From positions 15,438,001 to 15,502,000 of the forward strand of contig NC_082730.1 of the NCBI RefSeq assembly GCF_030144855.1: DNA of 64,000 nucleotides. Direction: 5' to 3'. A program made the position numbers and the translations under genes. The notes under the pieces were generated by a model. The model was not told where the DNA came from. It worked only from the letters and a program-made list of their open reading frames with translations, and made no database searches. The stretch comes from Hypanus sabinus (Eukaryota). Positions 47,469 through 61,598 of the stretch are shown here, piece after piece (the first letter of the stretch is position 1; every line of letters starts with the position of its first letter).

Positions 47469-50400
47469 GTCACACACAGCACAAAGCATGTATAATACAA
47501 ATAAGACAGCAAACACATATGTTATCAGAAAAATACGGGTACGCAAACAAAATATAGTCCAAGATCATGAGTCCATGAATGTTGCAGAAATCTGTAATTT
47601 AATACAATATGACTTGTCTTCTGTCAAGCAAACACTGGGAGGGGGGTGGCAGGCAGCACCGATTCCAGCTTCAATGCTGCACTACACCACCTCTGGTGGA
47701 GCACACTGACTCTGATGCCTCTCTCCTGTGAGGCGGTAAACAGGCAACACCATGACTTGAGATCTAGCCCTCATAGCAGCCGAGGCCGCGCAACTCCCCT
47801 GCCATCCATCAATACATCAGTGACTCAGCTTCACCAAATTTCACAGTAACAATGTCCAACAAGTTCCTGCAATCACAAGGAAAGGGACGAAGTCGATCAG
47901 TTGCTAATAGAATGCACTCCTTCCTTGCGCAGCAAAGCCTCTCTGACACAGACAGCATCACGGTCCACACTGAGTCCTGCTCCGTCAGTTTCTCCACCAA
48001 TGAGCAACTCGCTGATGGGGTAGGCCTGCAATACATTTAAATAATTAATGTCCAGCATGGTCTGGTGATTGTAAAAACTACATTTGAAATGGACAATAAC
48101 GCATTTGGTTGAGCTCATAGAAGCCGCTACAATTGAACACTCCACTCTTATTTTGTTTCTGTATTCAGAAATACAGCTACACAAGAATTATTCAATCTGG
48201 GTACAATTGATGTCACTGTACAAGGGTGTTAAAAGACAAAGAGCAATTGAAAGTAATATAGGGAGCTGAATAAAATGAGTGATGCACAACTTCTTGCAGC
48301 TTGTATCGATCAACGGGGTGTGAAATTCCAAACAGGAGATGTTGTGTATCTCAAAGCAGATCTGTGACTGTAACCCATGATTGTACAATAAATCATCTGA
48401 TTTGAAAATGAAATAAGGGGAACTGTATTGTTGTAATCAAGAAGTTAGAAAACATAGATTACTCACTCAGGTACAAATCAGGTACAAATGATCAGGTGAC
48501 ATAATATCCTTTACCTGGTATGAGAGGAAGTGATGCAATGTAACCAGAGTCGGTTTTGAGTCCATAACCTCTTCAGGTCACAGTTATCTCATGAGTGTTG
48601 ATCAGCCACAGATAGTTCCAGATGTAGTTGCCCCACTGATGGATGTGGACCTGTTGAACCTGAGCTTGTCAATACTCTTAGGGAAGGAATGCTTAAAATG
48701 GGGCCTGATCCTATCAGTGGACTATCACAAAGCACTTCAGGGTGCATTTGTAGTTTTCTGATGCTAATGCCGATCCATTTCGAGGTTTGATTTGTTGTGC
48801 ATGCAGAGGTGCTCTCCTACTCACGACTGTTGTAATGTATGGCTATTTGAATTAATGTCCCATTCCTCGCAGCTTGAACCAGTCTGCTGGTCTCCTCAGA
48901 CCTCTCCCTTTAACATGGTGTTCTTGTCCACTGAACTGTCACTCCTATGTTTTATTTTTAGCTTTGTTGCACCATTCTCTGAAAACTCTAGAAAATGCTG
49001 TGTGTTGAAAATTCCAGGACATCAGCATTTTCTGAGGTACTCAAACAACCCTGTCTGACACCAATAAATATTCCACAGTCGCAGTCACTTAGTTCACATT
49101 TCATCCCCATTTGGATATTTAATCTGAATAACAGAACATTTTAACCCTGTCTGCCTGCTTTTATGCACTGAGTTGCTGTCACATGATTGTCAAGTTTTAA
49201 AGTTGCCTCAAAGAACTGACACAACCTTCAGTGGGAACGAAGCCAAGTATTGGATGCTGAGTTTGCATGAAAAGTCCTTTCCACATCACATCTGTTTCCT
49301 GCTCTGTTCTTTCCTCAGAGGCAGTCTGCAGAAGAGCGTCATCTGCTTATTTTCCAGATTAGAGCATATAAACTGTATGGAGAGATTGGACAAATGGGGT
49401 TTGTTTTCGCTGGAGAATGAGGAGGCATCAGAGAGAAGTTTATGAAATTATAAGCAGCAGAAGCAAGCAACTGCTTCCTTTTTTCATGTTCTGTTAACAA
49501 ACCATAAACATGATATACATTTTGTTAACTACTCTAGCCAATGCAAAATGCAGACAGCTGACTGGCCATCATGATTTGTACAAATGGAGAGACTCCATGC
49601 TTCACACTCTGACTCCATGACTATAGTTTGCAACAAGTGAAGAACATTACTGACGTTCATCATAAAAATTTTAGCTAACGATGTAGAAGCAGAATTGACA
49701 TTTACCTTGTGACCACTCGTGCAGACTGCCGACGAATGCATTTTTGATGGGAATCCATTATCAGTACAAGGATAGAGGGATCAGCAGGAGAAACCAGTCA
49801 CATGGGGGAGGTAATTGTATCCATTTATTTTATTTGATTTAGAAAATCTTGTATAAAAGTTTAAATTGCCTTAAATATGTACCACTCTTATTCTTCTAAA
49901 TTTGAACATTGGACTGATTTGTCATTGCATGATTGTTCAATGTTACAGGCGCAGAGACACTCAGACATTCCCCTCTGCCTCTGTGAACAAATTTTGCATC
50001 AACTGCGACAGCTGAGGGTTTATTTTAAGTCCCCTGTGCTATTGATAACAGAAGGGGGAAGTGGAGGGTCTATTCCTCTCACACCCAAATTAACACTTAA
50101 CATAAACTCAACAGGAGGTACTTGATAAAGTGCCACTGGTTATAAATTTGTGGTCTTCAGTTACTGTAGCCCATCCACTTAAAGGTTTGATTTGTTATGT
50201 GTTCAGAGATGCTCTTCTGCACACCACTATTGTAATGCATTTTTTTGGAGATACTGTCCCTTCCTGTCAACTTGAAATAGGTTGACATTCTCCTCTGACC
50301 TTCCTATGAACAAGGAATTTTCATCCAGAGAACCACTGCTCACAGATTTATTTTTTTATTATTTTTGCACCATTCTCTGTAAACTTTAGAGACTGTACCG

Positions 50401-51307
50401 TGTGCAGATTCCAGGGGTTCAGCAGTTTCTGAGATACTCAAACTACTCCATCTGGCACCGATATTCATTCCACAGTAAAGTCCCTTAAATCACTTTTCTT
50501 CCCATTCTGATATTTGATCTGAGCTACAATTGAACTTCTTAAGGCCTCCTTTTCACTTCCTGTCATTCTTTTCTCATCCCCAGTAAACTGTTTTCCATGA
50601 AGCCTTTACTCGATGACTCATCACAGCTGACATTTTATCTCAAGCAAGAACAAAAGCTTCTGGAGGAACTTAGGGAGTTAGAGAGCATCTGCAGATGCAG
50701 AGTGGTCAACAATTCAGATTAAGCCCCTGCTTCATGACACCTCCAGCAGTTTATTTTTGCTCCAGGTTCAAACATCTACTGTTTCTGTTGTCTCACAATT
50801 CAAATTGTTGGGAACTGTCTTTTATTTCTTCAAATATAATTATGAGCTTTTGTTAATCTGGGCTGTTAACTCAACTGACCTACTTTTCACTTCCACCTGG
50901 TTGTCTGCCTCCTTCCCTTTTTCCAATGGTCCACCTTCCTCCCCTATGAGATTCCTTCCTCTCCAGCTCTTTACCTTACCCACTCACTTGGCATTACCGA
51001 TCACCTTCCAGCTAGCCTGCATCCCCTTACCACCCACTCCCCCCCCTTATTCTGCTGTCTTCCGCTTTCCTTTTCAGTCCTGATAAAGGATCTCAGTCCG
51101 AAATGTCAACTCTGTGTTCATTTACACAGAAGCTGCCTGACCTGCTGAGTTCCTCCTGAATTTTCTGTTTGTTGCTTGTCATATGATCGCATGTCATCCT
51201 GTTAGCTCACTGTGGTTTCCAACTATACTTCCTGCCCTCTTCTTCCTTATTATTTGTTGACAGTAATTATTCTCTGTGAAGTACCGATCAGCCTCGTGAA
51301 TAAATCA

Positions 51308-51344
51308 ATGTGGATTTCGATTCTTCTAATTAGTTTCCTACCTG
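51308..51344 (+). CDS. Leader exon, distal type L1, MWISILLISFLP
   Basis: Paralog of 3504-3540; ATG and G|gtgagt intact. Confidence 0.7.
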
Positions 51345-54300
51345 GTGAGTGATGTCCAGCATGGGACATTTTCATAATCCATGTTTGCTTGGGGGTCTTA
51401 CATTGTATCCAGAACAGTGCTTGAATATATGTAGACACTAAATACGTCAGAATCTGGAGTTCAGAGAAAGCTGGAGGAACTCAGCAGGCCATGCAGCGTC
51501 TGTCAGGTAATTGTCGACGGTTTGGTTTGAGACCTTGCATTGAGTGTGAGTGGAGAGGGAAGATAGAGTAAATAGGAGGGGAGGACATTGTGAAACAGGG
51601 TCAGTTACCTGGACTGCACCCCTGTGTTCTGATTGAGGTAACTGAAGTGATTCTGGAAGCATGAGTAATGATTTTGCAAGTATAGTTCCAGAGAACTGGA
51701 AATTTATAACTGTCACTCATGTTTTTACGGGAGGAAGACAAAAGGCAGGAAATTACAGGCCAATTAGCCTGATTGCAGTGATTGTTAAGATGTTAGAGTC
51801 TATAATTAACGATGAGGTTTCAGCGTACTTGGAAACTTATGATAAAATAGGCCTAAGTCAGCATGATTTCCTGAAGGAGAAATCTACCCTACCGAATCTA
51901 TTGGAATTCTTTAAGGAATTAACAGGCTGGATAGAGAAAGGAGAGTTTCTCCATCAGTGGATGGTGTTTACTTGGATTTTCAGAAGGCCTTTGACAAACT
52001 GCTGCATTAGTCAAAGTCAAAGTAAATTTATTATAAAATACATTCATGTCACCATATACTACCGTGAGATTCATGATGTTTTTAGGGTGATAATGTACTT
52101 AACAGTGTTCAGGGCATATCTGTGGGGACTAAGCTGTGTCCACTACCTTTTGTAGGTTTTTCCATTCAAATACATTAGTGTTTTCATACCATGCCGTGAT
52201 GCAAACAGTAAGAATACTCTCCACTGTGCATATATATAACTTTGCCAAAGTTTCTGATGACAATTTGATTTTGAAAACTTTTAAGTAAATAATGTGCTGT
52301 TGTACTTTCTTTGTAATGACAATTACAAGCTGGACCCAGGACAGATCCTCTAAAATGATAACAGCAAGGAATTTAAAGTTCCTGACCCTTTCCACCTCTG
52401 ATGCCCTGCTGAGTACTGGCTCATGGACCTCTGGATACATGATACTGCTGTCAATAATCAGCTGTTTGGTTTTGCTGATGTTCAGTGAGAGATGGTTGTT
52501 GTGATACCATTCAGCCAGATTTCCCATCTCACTCCGAAATGGTAATTGAACACACATGAGTATTGAAACTCAGCAGATCAGGCAGCATCTACAGGAAGGA
52601 TTAAGCAATTGATGTTTTGGGCCAAGTCCCTTCACTGAACCCAGTTTCAGGTCAGGGACCCCTCCTCAGATCTGGATAAAAAGTGGAAGACTGTCAGAAT
52701 TGAAAGCTGATCCGGCCAGTGGAATGTCCTGTAAGATAAAAGATGATACAGTTCCGTCCTAGGTTATGAATTCCTGACTTATGGACACTTCTACATCTGA
52801 ACAAGCCTTGGTAATGTTACTTAATTCAAAAGTCCAAAGTATGTACATATGTTTACACATGACACAAAGATTGTTGGTGTGTTGGTTTGTAGAGAAGATT
52901 TTTGTAAGTTACAAGATGACATAGAAAGGTTGAAGTGCTTGGAGGTGAAATGGTAGATGGGAGTTTAACTCTGAAAAATGTGAAGTTCTACTCTTTGGGT
53001 GATCAAACTTGAATGCAGATTACAAATTTAATGCAGAAATATTAACAATGTGGAAGTCCAGAGTGATATTCGGTTCCAATTCTGTAAATACCCCAAAATT
53101 GCTGTTCAATTTGAAAGGATGTTAAAAAGGTGTAGGATGGGCTGGACTTCAGTAGATTAGGGGACTGAGTTCAAGAACCATGACGTAATCTTCCAGCTTG
53201 GTAAAACACTGGTTCGATCATTGTATTATGGAGTGCAGGTTGAGTGGACAGCCAGCAACTCTTTCTCATGCTGACAATGATCCATTTCAGGTGAGCGGAA
53301 GAAAGTTTCAGGGAGACGTAAGAGGTAAGTCTTTTTTTGACACAAGAGTGGTGTGTCCCTGGAATACATTGCAGACATGGTGGTAGAGGCTGATAGAAAC
53401 AGGGACTTTTAGAGATTCTTAGACACATACAGTACATGTACAGAGTCCACAAAAAGTTTTCTCCCCCGTTGGAAGTTTTCATGTTTTATTGTTTTACAAA
53501 ATTGAATAACAGTGGATTTAATTTGGCTTTTTGACACTGATCAATAGACCATAAGATATAGAGGCAGAAGTAGTACATTCGGCCCATCGAGTCAGCTCCG
53601 CCATTCAATCATTGACTGATCTATTTTTTCCAGTCATCCCCACTCTCCTGCCTTCACCCCATACGCTTTGATGCACTGGCTCATCCAGAATCTATCTATC
53701 TCTTAATTACACCCAATGACGTAACCGCCACATCCATTTGTGGCAACAAATTCCACAGATTTACCACCCTCTGACTAAAGTAATTTCTCTACATCTCAGT
53801 TCTAAAAGGACATCCTTCAATCCTGAAATCATGCCCTCTTGTCCTAGAATCTCCTACCATGTGAAGTAACTTAGCCATATCTAATCTGTTCAGACCTTTT
53901 AGCATTCTAAATGTTTTTATGAGATCCCCATCCTCTGCACATACACTCATCCTGGTTCTAGGCCCTTCACTATTCAAGAGGTTTCAAGGAGAAACCCCAC
54001 TGTACCAAACTCATTCTTCTAAACTCCAGCAAATACAGACCCAGAGCCATCAAATGCTCTTCATACATTAACCCTTTCATTCCTCAGATTGTTCTCAGGA
54101 ACCTCCACTAAACCCTCTTCAATTATAGCACATCCTTTCAAAGATAAGGGGCCCAGAACTGTTCACCATATTCCACATGCAGTCTGACCAATACCACATA
54201 AAGCTGCAGTGTCTGTATGATTTCTCAGCAACAGAACAGAAAACGTTTTACAATCCCACCGTTGTACTTATAGGTTTGCACAGCATTGGAATCAGGTTTA

Positions 54301-56287
54301 AACACAATGCTTCAGTGGCCTTTTCACTTTTCTTTACCACATTGTTATTGTTGTTCAGTGATCTAGTTGCTGAAACAGAAACACTTTGCTGAAGATGTTT
54401 TGTATCTCTGCACTAGTCCTCATCAGCATATTGAACCACGGCTGTTGAGAAGCTTTCCAAGAAGTGATGGGGCAATGCAGGAAGAGGCGAGAACTTCTGA
54501 CAGGCTGTAGCATCTTTTGTTACTTCTCTATATTCTGTTTGGTAAGACAATTAAAGAAAGCAGAAGTTCTGATGACATCCTTCACTGTGGGTGAACTTCA
54601 CACAGATGACAACAATGATTGATGCAATGGAGTCAGCACTCATACTTTACAATGTACTGAACTTAAGCAGATATCATTCACAGCTAATATTCACAGCCAC
54701 TGTTTTCCCCTAAAATAAATGTAACAAAACCAAAATTACAAAAGCTCTCCATCTATACTGAATTATTTTATCATTTGTCTCTTTATATGCAATGTGAAAT
54801 TAATTGTTTATAAACAATTGTAAAGTCAGCAACAAAAATTCAGGAAAATATAAATCAGCCACATTCATGCATCACCTCAACCCTCACACTACAATGAAAT
54901 TAAAAGCAAAACATACAAAGTACTGGAGGAACTCAGCACATCAGGCAGAATCTATGGAAATGAATAGATAGTTGACACTTTGGATTGAGGCCATTCTTCT
55001 CTTCTTCCTTGTCTTTTCCTTCCCCTGTGTCTCCTTTTCCTTCCATTTCTCCTTTGGTTCCCTCAACCCTCCTATCAGATTCCTTCTTTTACAGCCTGTA
55101 CCACCATTGCCATCCACATGTCTTCACCGATCACCTTCCAGAGAGCCTTCCTCCTGTCCCCCATCTTTTTATTCAGACAGCTTCCAACTTCCTTCTCAGA
55201 CCTGAATAAGAGTCTCAGACCAAAATGTCGACGATCTATTAATTTCCACAGATGCTGCCTGACCTGCTGAGTTCCCTTCAGCACTTTCTGTTAGTCGATT
55301 TGGATTTCTTGTGTCTGCAGATTTTCGAGTGTTTAAAATGAAGTTAAAGTTAAACAATTAACATCGTTCAGCTTAAATTCGAGATGGCACCGATAAGTGG
55401 TGATTCTGTGTAGAGCTCCGATGGTAATCATCGAATATTCACGTTTAGGACTGCTACGGTTGATTTCACGACATATGGTATGTGGGTGATATTAAAACTA
55501 ATTTGGATTCTGATTCTGTATTACTTCTCCAACATGTGTAACATGTGAGAATTGTTATCCCTTGTATTGATAATCTCCTCAGACTTCAACTGTCCCAGAG
55601 AATTGCACAGCATGAATCTGGATAGATCACACTTCAACTGACATGGAAAGATCTAACCTGGTGAACAGGGATACTGTGATGCTAGAGACTGAGAGTCTGA
55701 GCAAAGGTATGTAGGGTTAGAGGAAAGAGAGACCATGGAGCTGAGCTAGGTAAGATAGAAATGTCTTCTCCTTGGACAAGTGGGACGTGTACATTTACTG
55801 TGCCCTATGATTCTATGAGAAATAGAAACTGCAAAGGTCGCCTACTTAACACAGACAATTTCCTGTCAAAATGGAGTTGATTTGGTTTAAGAACAGATCT
55901 GACATATATTTTACTCCATTGTGACTGTGTAATCCCATTCACTTGGTTTCCCCTCACATCAAAGTGCAATTCCATCAGAGCTCTTGAAATTGCACCAACG
56001 GATGGAACAGAATTCAGCGAGGTAAGCTTTAAAGTTTCCTTCAAAGAGCAGACACAGCTCTCAGAGAGGAGAAGGAATGAAGTGAGGTACTGAATGCTGA
56101 GTTTGCATGAAAAGCCCCTTCAACATCACACCTATTTCCTCCTTCGCTCCCTCCTCAGCAGCAAGATCCTCAAAACAGATTTGATTGAATTATCAGAATC
56201 AGAATGAAAATCAGGTTTATTCTCACTGGCATGCGTTGTGAAATTTATTAACTTAGCAGTTGCAGTTCAATTGAACACCTAATTGAG

Positions 56288-56506
56288 AAGAAGAAGAGGA
56301 AGAGAAGAAAGTCCTTAACTCAAAGTGTAGTTATCGGGAAGCCGTCATGACAGCGTTTTTTTAGCAGATTTTTTTTTATCTTTACGAGGTTGAGTTACTA
56401 GCTCAACGCTCAACCCATCACGGATGGGAAGCGTGCAAGGGAGTCAGCAGGATTCGAACTCAGGAGCCTTTGCTCCGAAGTCCAGCACTGATGCCACTAC
56501 GCCACC
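56288..56506 (-). mobile_element. tRNA-derived SINE
   Basis: Minus strand A box TGGCGTAGTGG and B box GAGTTCGAATCC; TTC-rich tail; nested in an older LINE-tail fragment. Confidence 0.8.
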
Positions 56507-57960
56507 CACCAGCGCAAAATATAGAAGAGAAATAATAATAACAAACAAATAAGTAAATCAATTACAGTATACGTATATTCAATAGATTAAAAATCATGCA
56601 AAAACAGAAATAATATATATTTAACAAGTTGACGTAGTGTTCTCGGGTTCAATAGCCATTAACAAATAAGATGGCAGAGGGGAAGCTGCTGGTCCTGAAT
56701 CGCTGAGTGTGTGCCTTCAGGCTTCTGTATCTCCTAACTGATGGTAACAATGAGAAAAAGGTTTGCCCCGAGTGCTGGGGGTACCAAGGCAAGATCCAGA
56801 ATGATGTACACATCTTGGAGTGTATGTCCATAACTCCCTGAAATCTGGAACAGAAGGATATTGTAAAGTAGCTGATAAAGAGAGTTGATGGCAATGGACT
56901 AGCATTGTGCATATGAGAATTCATGTTGCAAATTTTAAAAGTAAGGTTAATTCACTCTTTAGTTTGGAGTGTAGTTGTGTTTGCAGCATAGCATGAAGGA
57001 TGTGGAAACATTGGAGGAATTGTAGAAGAGGTTCACTAGATTTTGCCAGTAATAGCAGATCATAAGACCAAAAGACATAGGAGAATAATTAGGCCATTCT
57101 TCCCATTGAGTCTATTCCACCATTCCATCATGTCTGATTCATTGTCTCTCTCAGCCTTATTCTCCTGCTTCTCCCCTTGATCTTTGATGCCCTTAATATT
57201 CAAGAACTTAACAATCTCCACGTTAAATGTATCCAGTGAATTGGCCTCCACAGCCATCTGTGGCAGTGAATTTGATAGATTCACCACTCTCCAGCTAAAA
57301 CAATTTTCCCTCATCTCTGCTCTAAGGGAATGTGCGTGTACTCAGAGACACTGTCCTCCGATCCTAGAACTCCCTATCATAGGGAACATCCTCTCCACAT
57401 CCATTCTCTCTTGTCCTTTCAATATTTAATAGGTTTGAATGTGATTCCCCATCTCCCCCCTCATTTTTCTATTCTCTAGTGAGTACAGGCCCAGAGCCAT
57501 CAAACTTTCTCCTCATACTCACAACACTCAACATTGTCTCTTTCTCTTTCCATCATTAACTTTTCACCATGAACACTTTCCCTAATGCCACACAACGACT
57601 AACATTATCAATCAAGCAGAAAATAAGTGGAATTTCCGGAGTCAAGTGGTCAACACTTCAGATTAATTCCCTTTTTCAGGTCACCTCCAGTTGTTTATTT
57701 TGATTTCAGATTAGAACATTTACTGTTGCTCGTGTATAATACTTTAACACATCTCAGCATTTCATTCAGTCTTTGAGGATTGTTTAAATGTTCCTGTCCT
57801 GCTAAATATAACAAAGAACTTTTCAGATTGTCACAGACAACACACCAATTGTGTTACTGTAGTTCTATTGATCAAACTTCCTGTCGCCTTCTTCCTTATT
57901 TTTATTTCAGTCATTTCTCTCTGCGGACAGACTGATCCTGGCTGTGTCTCTGTGAATAAA

Positions 57961-58000
57961 ATGCTGTGGACATTGATTCTTCTGATTGGTTTCCTACCTG
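57961..58000 (+). CDS. Leader exon L2 of the third gene, MLWTLILLIGFLP
   Basis: Identical to 14831-14870. Confidence 0.9.
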
Positions 58001-59281
58001 GTGAGTTACAGACAGCACTGGACAACTGCAGAATCAATATTGGATTGGGGATCATACAATGTCTTCATATCAGTGCTTGAATACGTGTAGACACAAAGAT
58101 GTCGGAAACTGGAGTTCAGAGCACACTCCTGGGGGAACTCAATGGGTCAAGCAGCATCTGTCAGAGGGAGGAAAAATGTCAACGGTTTGTGTCAGGACCC
58201 TGCGTCATGTCTGAGTAGAGAGGGAGAGGGTGTAAATAGGAGAGGTGGAGGTGTGGAACTGGGTCCTCAAGCTAGTCGGTGCTGAGGAATGGTGAAGCAC
58301 AACAGGTAAATGGAATGGGGTGGAAAAAGGATGCTGTTTGGAGGTGAGTGAGAGGTAGAAGCAGATAAAGAGAAAAGAGGAATAGTGTAGGGCCAGGTGT
58401 GGGGAGAATATGTCCACGTGGAGAAATCTCCTGGAAACTGTTAAGCGAGAACATAAGATCTTCCATTGTTGGAATCTGATATCACTCTGCAGGGATCACT
58501 GTGCCATTCGACATAAGAGTTCTTCCTGGGCCACTCCAGTGGTGCAGTTAGCAGAGAATGTTACAAGATCTGGAGTCAAAGTAAACCAGGGTTTTAGGGA
58601 TGAGAGATTTCTCTCCCTAAAAGCTTTTCCAATCCAGATGGGATTTTGACAATCTGGCAGTTCATCATTGTCATTATTGATATGTGCTTTTTTTGTTCAA
58701 TTCCAGAAATAATAAATAGTATTTTAGCTCTCCAAGTATCCCAAAAGTTATTTGAATCACACCTGGATCTCTGGACACTAAAGTACTAATGAACACTGTT
58801 GCATCACCTTCTAACTACACATAAAAATACTTGATAGGTACAATATTTACAATTTGCTTCAGATCCAGATGACACAGTTTCAGACATCATGAGGGGTCTG
58901 TTTCTGCAGTTTATAAACTTGTCTGATCACACACACACACACACACACACTCTGGGATCTTTGTGGACATTTCAGAGGCAGCATAATGTGAAGTAACTGG
59001 AAGGTCAACACTGCCGCTCTCCCTCAGTACTGCAGTGGAAGGTCAGCCCTGGGTTTCTGCTCAGGACTCTGGAGTGGGAAGTGAACCCACAATGTACTGA
59101 CACAGGGGAGAGAGCACTGACACAGTAACAGCACTGACTGCACTTCACATCAAAATCATTGGCTGTGGTGTCATGGACCACATGCTGAGCATGACCTGCA
59201 CCTGTTTTCACCGTCATGTTCAAAAATATTTGTTTGCACTAGTTGTACCTTTTTCCTCAAATCTGAAATTGCCTCTCTCAG

Positions 59282-59602
59282 TTTCAGATGCATTGCGGGC
59301 AGAGGAATATGTAAGCGGTGTTGTGGGAAGAGCGATCACAATCGATTGTCTCTATGAAGCAAAGTACCGCTCAGACACAAAGTATTGGTGCCACGGATGG
59401 ACTCGTCAATGTTCAGTTTTAGTGGAAACAAATGGGCAACATGGACGGAGTGGACGAGTGTCAATCACAGATAACCCGGAACAGGGAATATTTAATGTTA
59501 CTATGGAGGATCTTCACTCTGGAGATACAGGATGGTACAGCTGTGGAATTACAACACCAGATGCCGATCCGATGTTTAATGTACATTTACAAGTATCTCA
59601 TG
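59282..59602 (+). CDS. Ig V-set exon VA3
   Basis: Open 321-nt exon with all four V cysteines and intact splice sites. Confidence 0.93.
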
Positions 59603-60412
59603 GTAGGTTTCTCAGTGATTGACTTTGTGCCTTCCATAAAGTAAATGTCTCATGATCTTTATCCAGACCCTGTCCACCCCTCACTATCTCTGCATTAATA
59701 TCAGTGCCAAATGTTTCCCTCTATACAGCAGGTCTCAGAACCTAGTTACAATTTCATTCTCTCCTCAAAGCCACTAAAACATGTTACAGATATCTCACAA
59801 GCTGCTGCCTTTAAACCTCCTGGACATAATAGAGTGGCCACTGAGTGTATGTTCATTGTCTTTTGCTTCTGTGGCCCATCCACTTCGAGGTATGACGTGT
59901 TGATCTTTTCGATGCTCTTCAACACACCGCTGTCGTTACATGTGGTGATTTGAATTCCTCTCACCTTTCTGTCAACACGACCCCGTCTGTCCATTCTCCT
60001 CTGACCTCTCTTAGTAACGAGGCACTTTTGTTCACAGAATTTCTGCTCTCTGGATGTTGTTTCATGTTGTTCGTACCATTCTCAGTAAACTCTAGAGACA
60101 GTTGTGTGTGAAAATCCCAGGACGTTAGTAGTTCCTTAGATATTTAAACTACCCCGTCTGGCACCTGCAATAATCTCAAGATCAAAGGCTCTTAGATCAC
60201 ATTACTTCCACATTCTGATATTTGGCCTGAACTTTGACTGAAACTGTTGAATATTTCTGCATGCTTTGACGGGCTGAGTTGCTGATGGTCTGATTGACTA
60301 ATTAGATATTTGCACTAATGATCAGGTTAAAATTCGTACCTAAGAAGTAGCAGAAGAGTCTATGATTTTCAGATGTTCATTCAGTTTCTGATTGTTTAAT
60401 TGTTTCCCACAG

Positions 60413-60733
60413 AACCCGTGTCCGTTCCTGTGCTTCGATATCTGTCACCAGCAAATGTCTCACGTCTCGGGGGCTCAGTGTCAGTTTCCTGTGAGTCCCT
60501 CCAGGGATCCCTTCCCATTCAGTACAGCTGGCATGAACAAACCTCATCTGGGTATCGAAAGGTATCAGGCACCAATGAACTGGCTCTGCGTTGTCAATCC
60601 TTCAACCACCAGCACTATCAATATTACTGCAGAGCCTCGAATCGGCTTGGAGCAAGATCCAGTGGAATGGTTAATGTGACAGTCTTCAACAATGGAAAGA
60701 TCTGCAGTTATGTGACAGAAATCAATGGCACCA
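60413..60733 (+). CDS. Ig C2-type exon C2-3
   Basis: Open 321-nt exon, cccacag acceptor, gtacgt donor. Confidence 0.92.
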
Positions 60734-61598
60734 GTACGTTCTCCTTTCAAGGGAGGATACATTTGAATTTTTTTTTTTGTTACTCTGTTACAACTACTCT
60801 TATACTTCTAATGAGGGTAAGGAATTTCTTTGCATTTGTAGAAGCTACACATTGCAGCCTCCATGGGGTAGAAATAAAGTGCAGTGAACAGTTAAGTCTG
60901 TCACTTCCTCCTGGAAGATGTGGAACATCTCAAACATAGTTGGACTTGCACACCCAGAGAAATTGAGAACATTCCATTAGTACCTCTGGCTTCACTTTGA
61001 AAAGTCTAGACTAGATATCAACTAATTCTCGTAAAAGCAAAGGGAAGGACTTATAATATTGCAAATATTAGTGGGAATGACAGGAATTTAGCAACGTCAG
61101 GGGCAGGGGTGAGTGTCATTGCTATTACTAAGCAGAACATTCTTGGGAAGCTGAGGGTTCTGAAAGTAGATGAGTCATTTGGCCTAGATGGACTACACCC
61201 TAAGTTTCTGAAAGAGTTATATAAAGAAATTGTGGAGGCATTAGTGGTGACCTTTCAAGAATAACTAGACTCCGGAAAGTTCAAAGTTTTGGAAAATTGG
61301 AAATATCACCCCACTCTTTAAGAAGGGAGGGAGGCAAAAGGAAGAAAATTGTCGACCAGTTAGCATGACTTCAGTGGTTGGGAAGATGTGGGAGTCTATT
61401 ATTAAGAACAGGAATTTGGGGTACTTGGAGGTATATGATCAAGTATGGTTTCCTAATGGGGAAATCATGCCTGAAAATCAGCCTCAGAATGCAAGGACAT
61501 CCTTTTATTTTATTTCTTTCCTGATAGAGTACAGAGTAGGTCCTTCCGGCCCTGTAGGCCACAACACCAAAGGAAATCTCGACAAACCCAATTAACTG

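Larger units (their letters stand above)
43808..61445 (+). repeat. Whole-gene-scale duplicate of about 1-20370
   Basis: Collinear matches of the tail exon, downstream sequence, L1 leader, shared old repeats, L2 leader, VA and C2. Confidence 0.85.
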
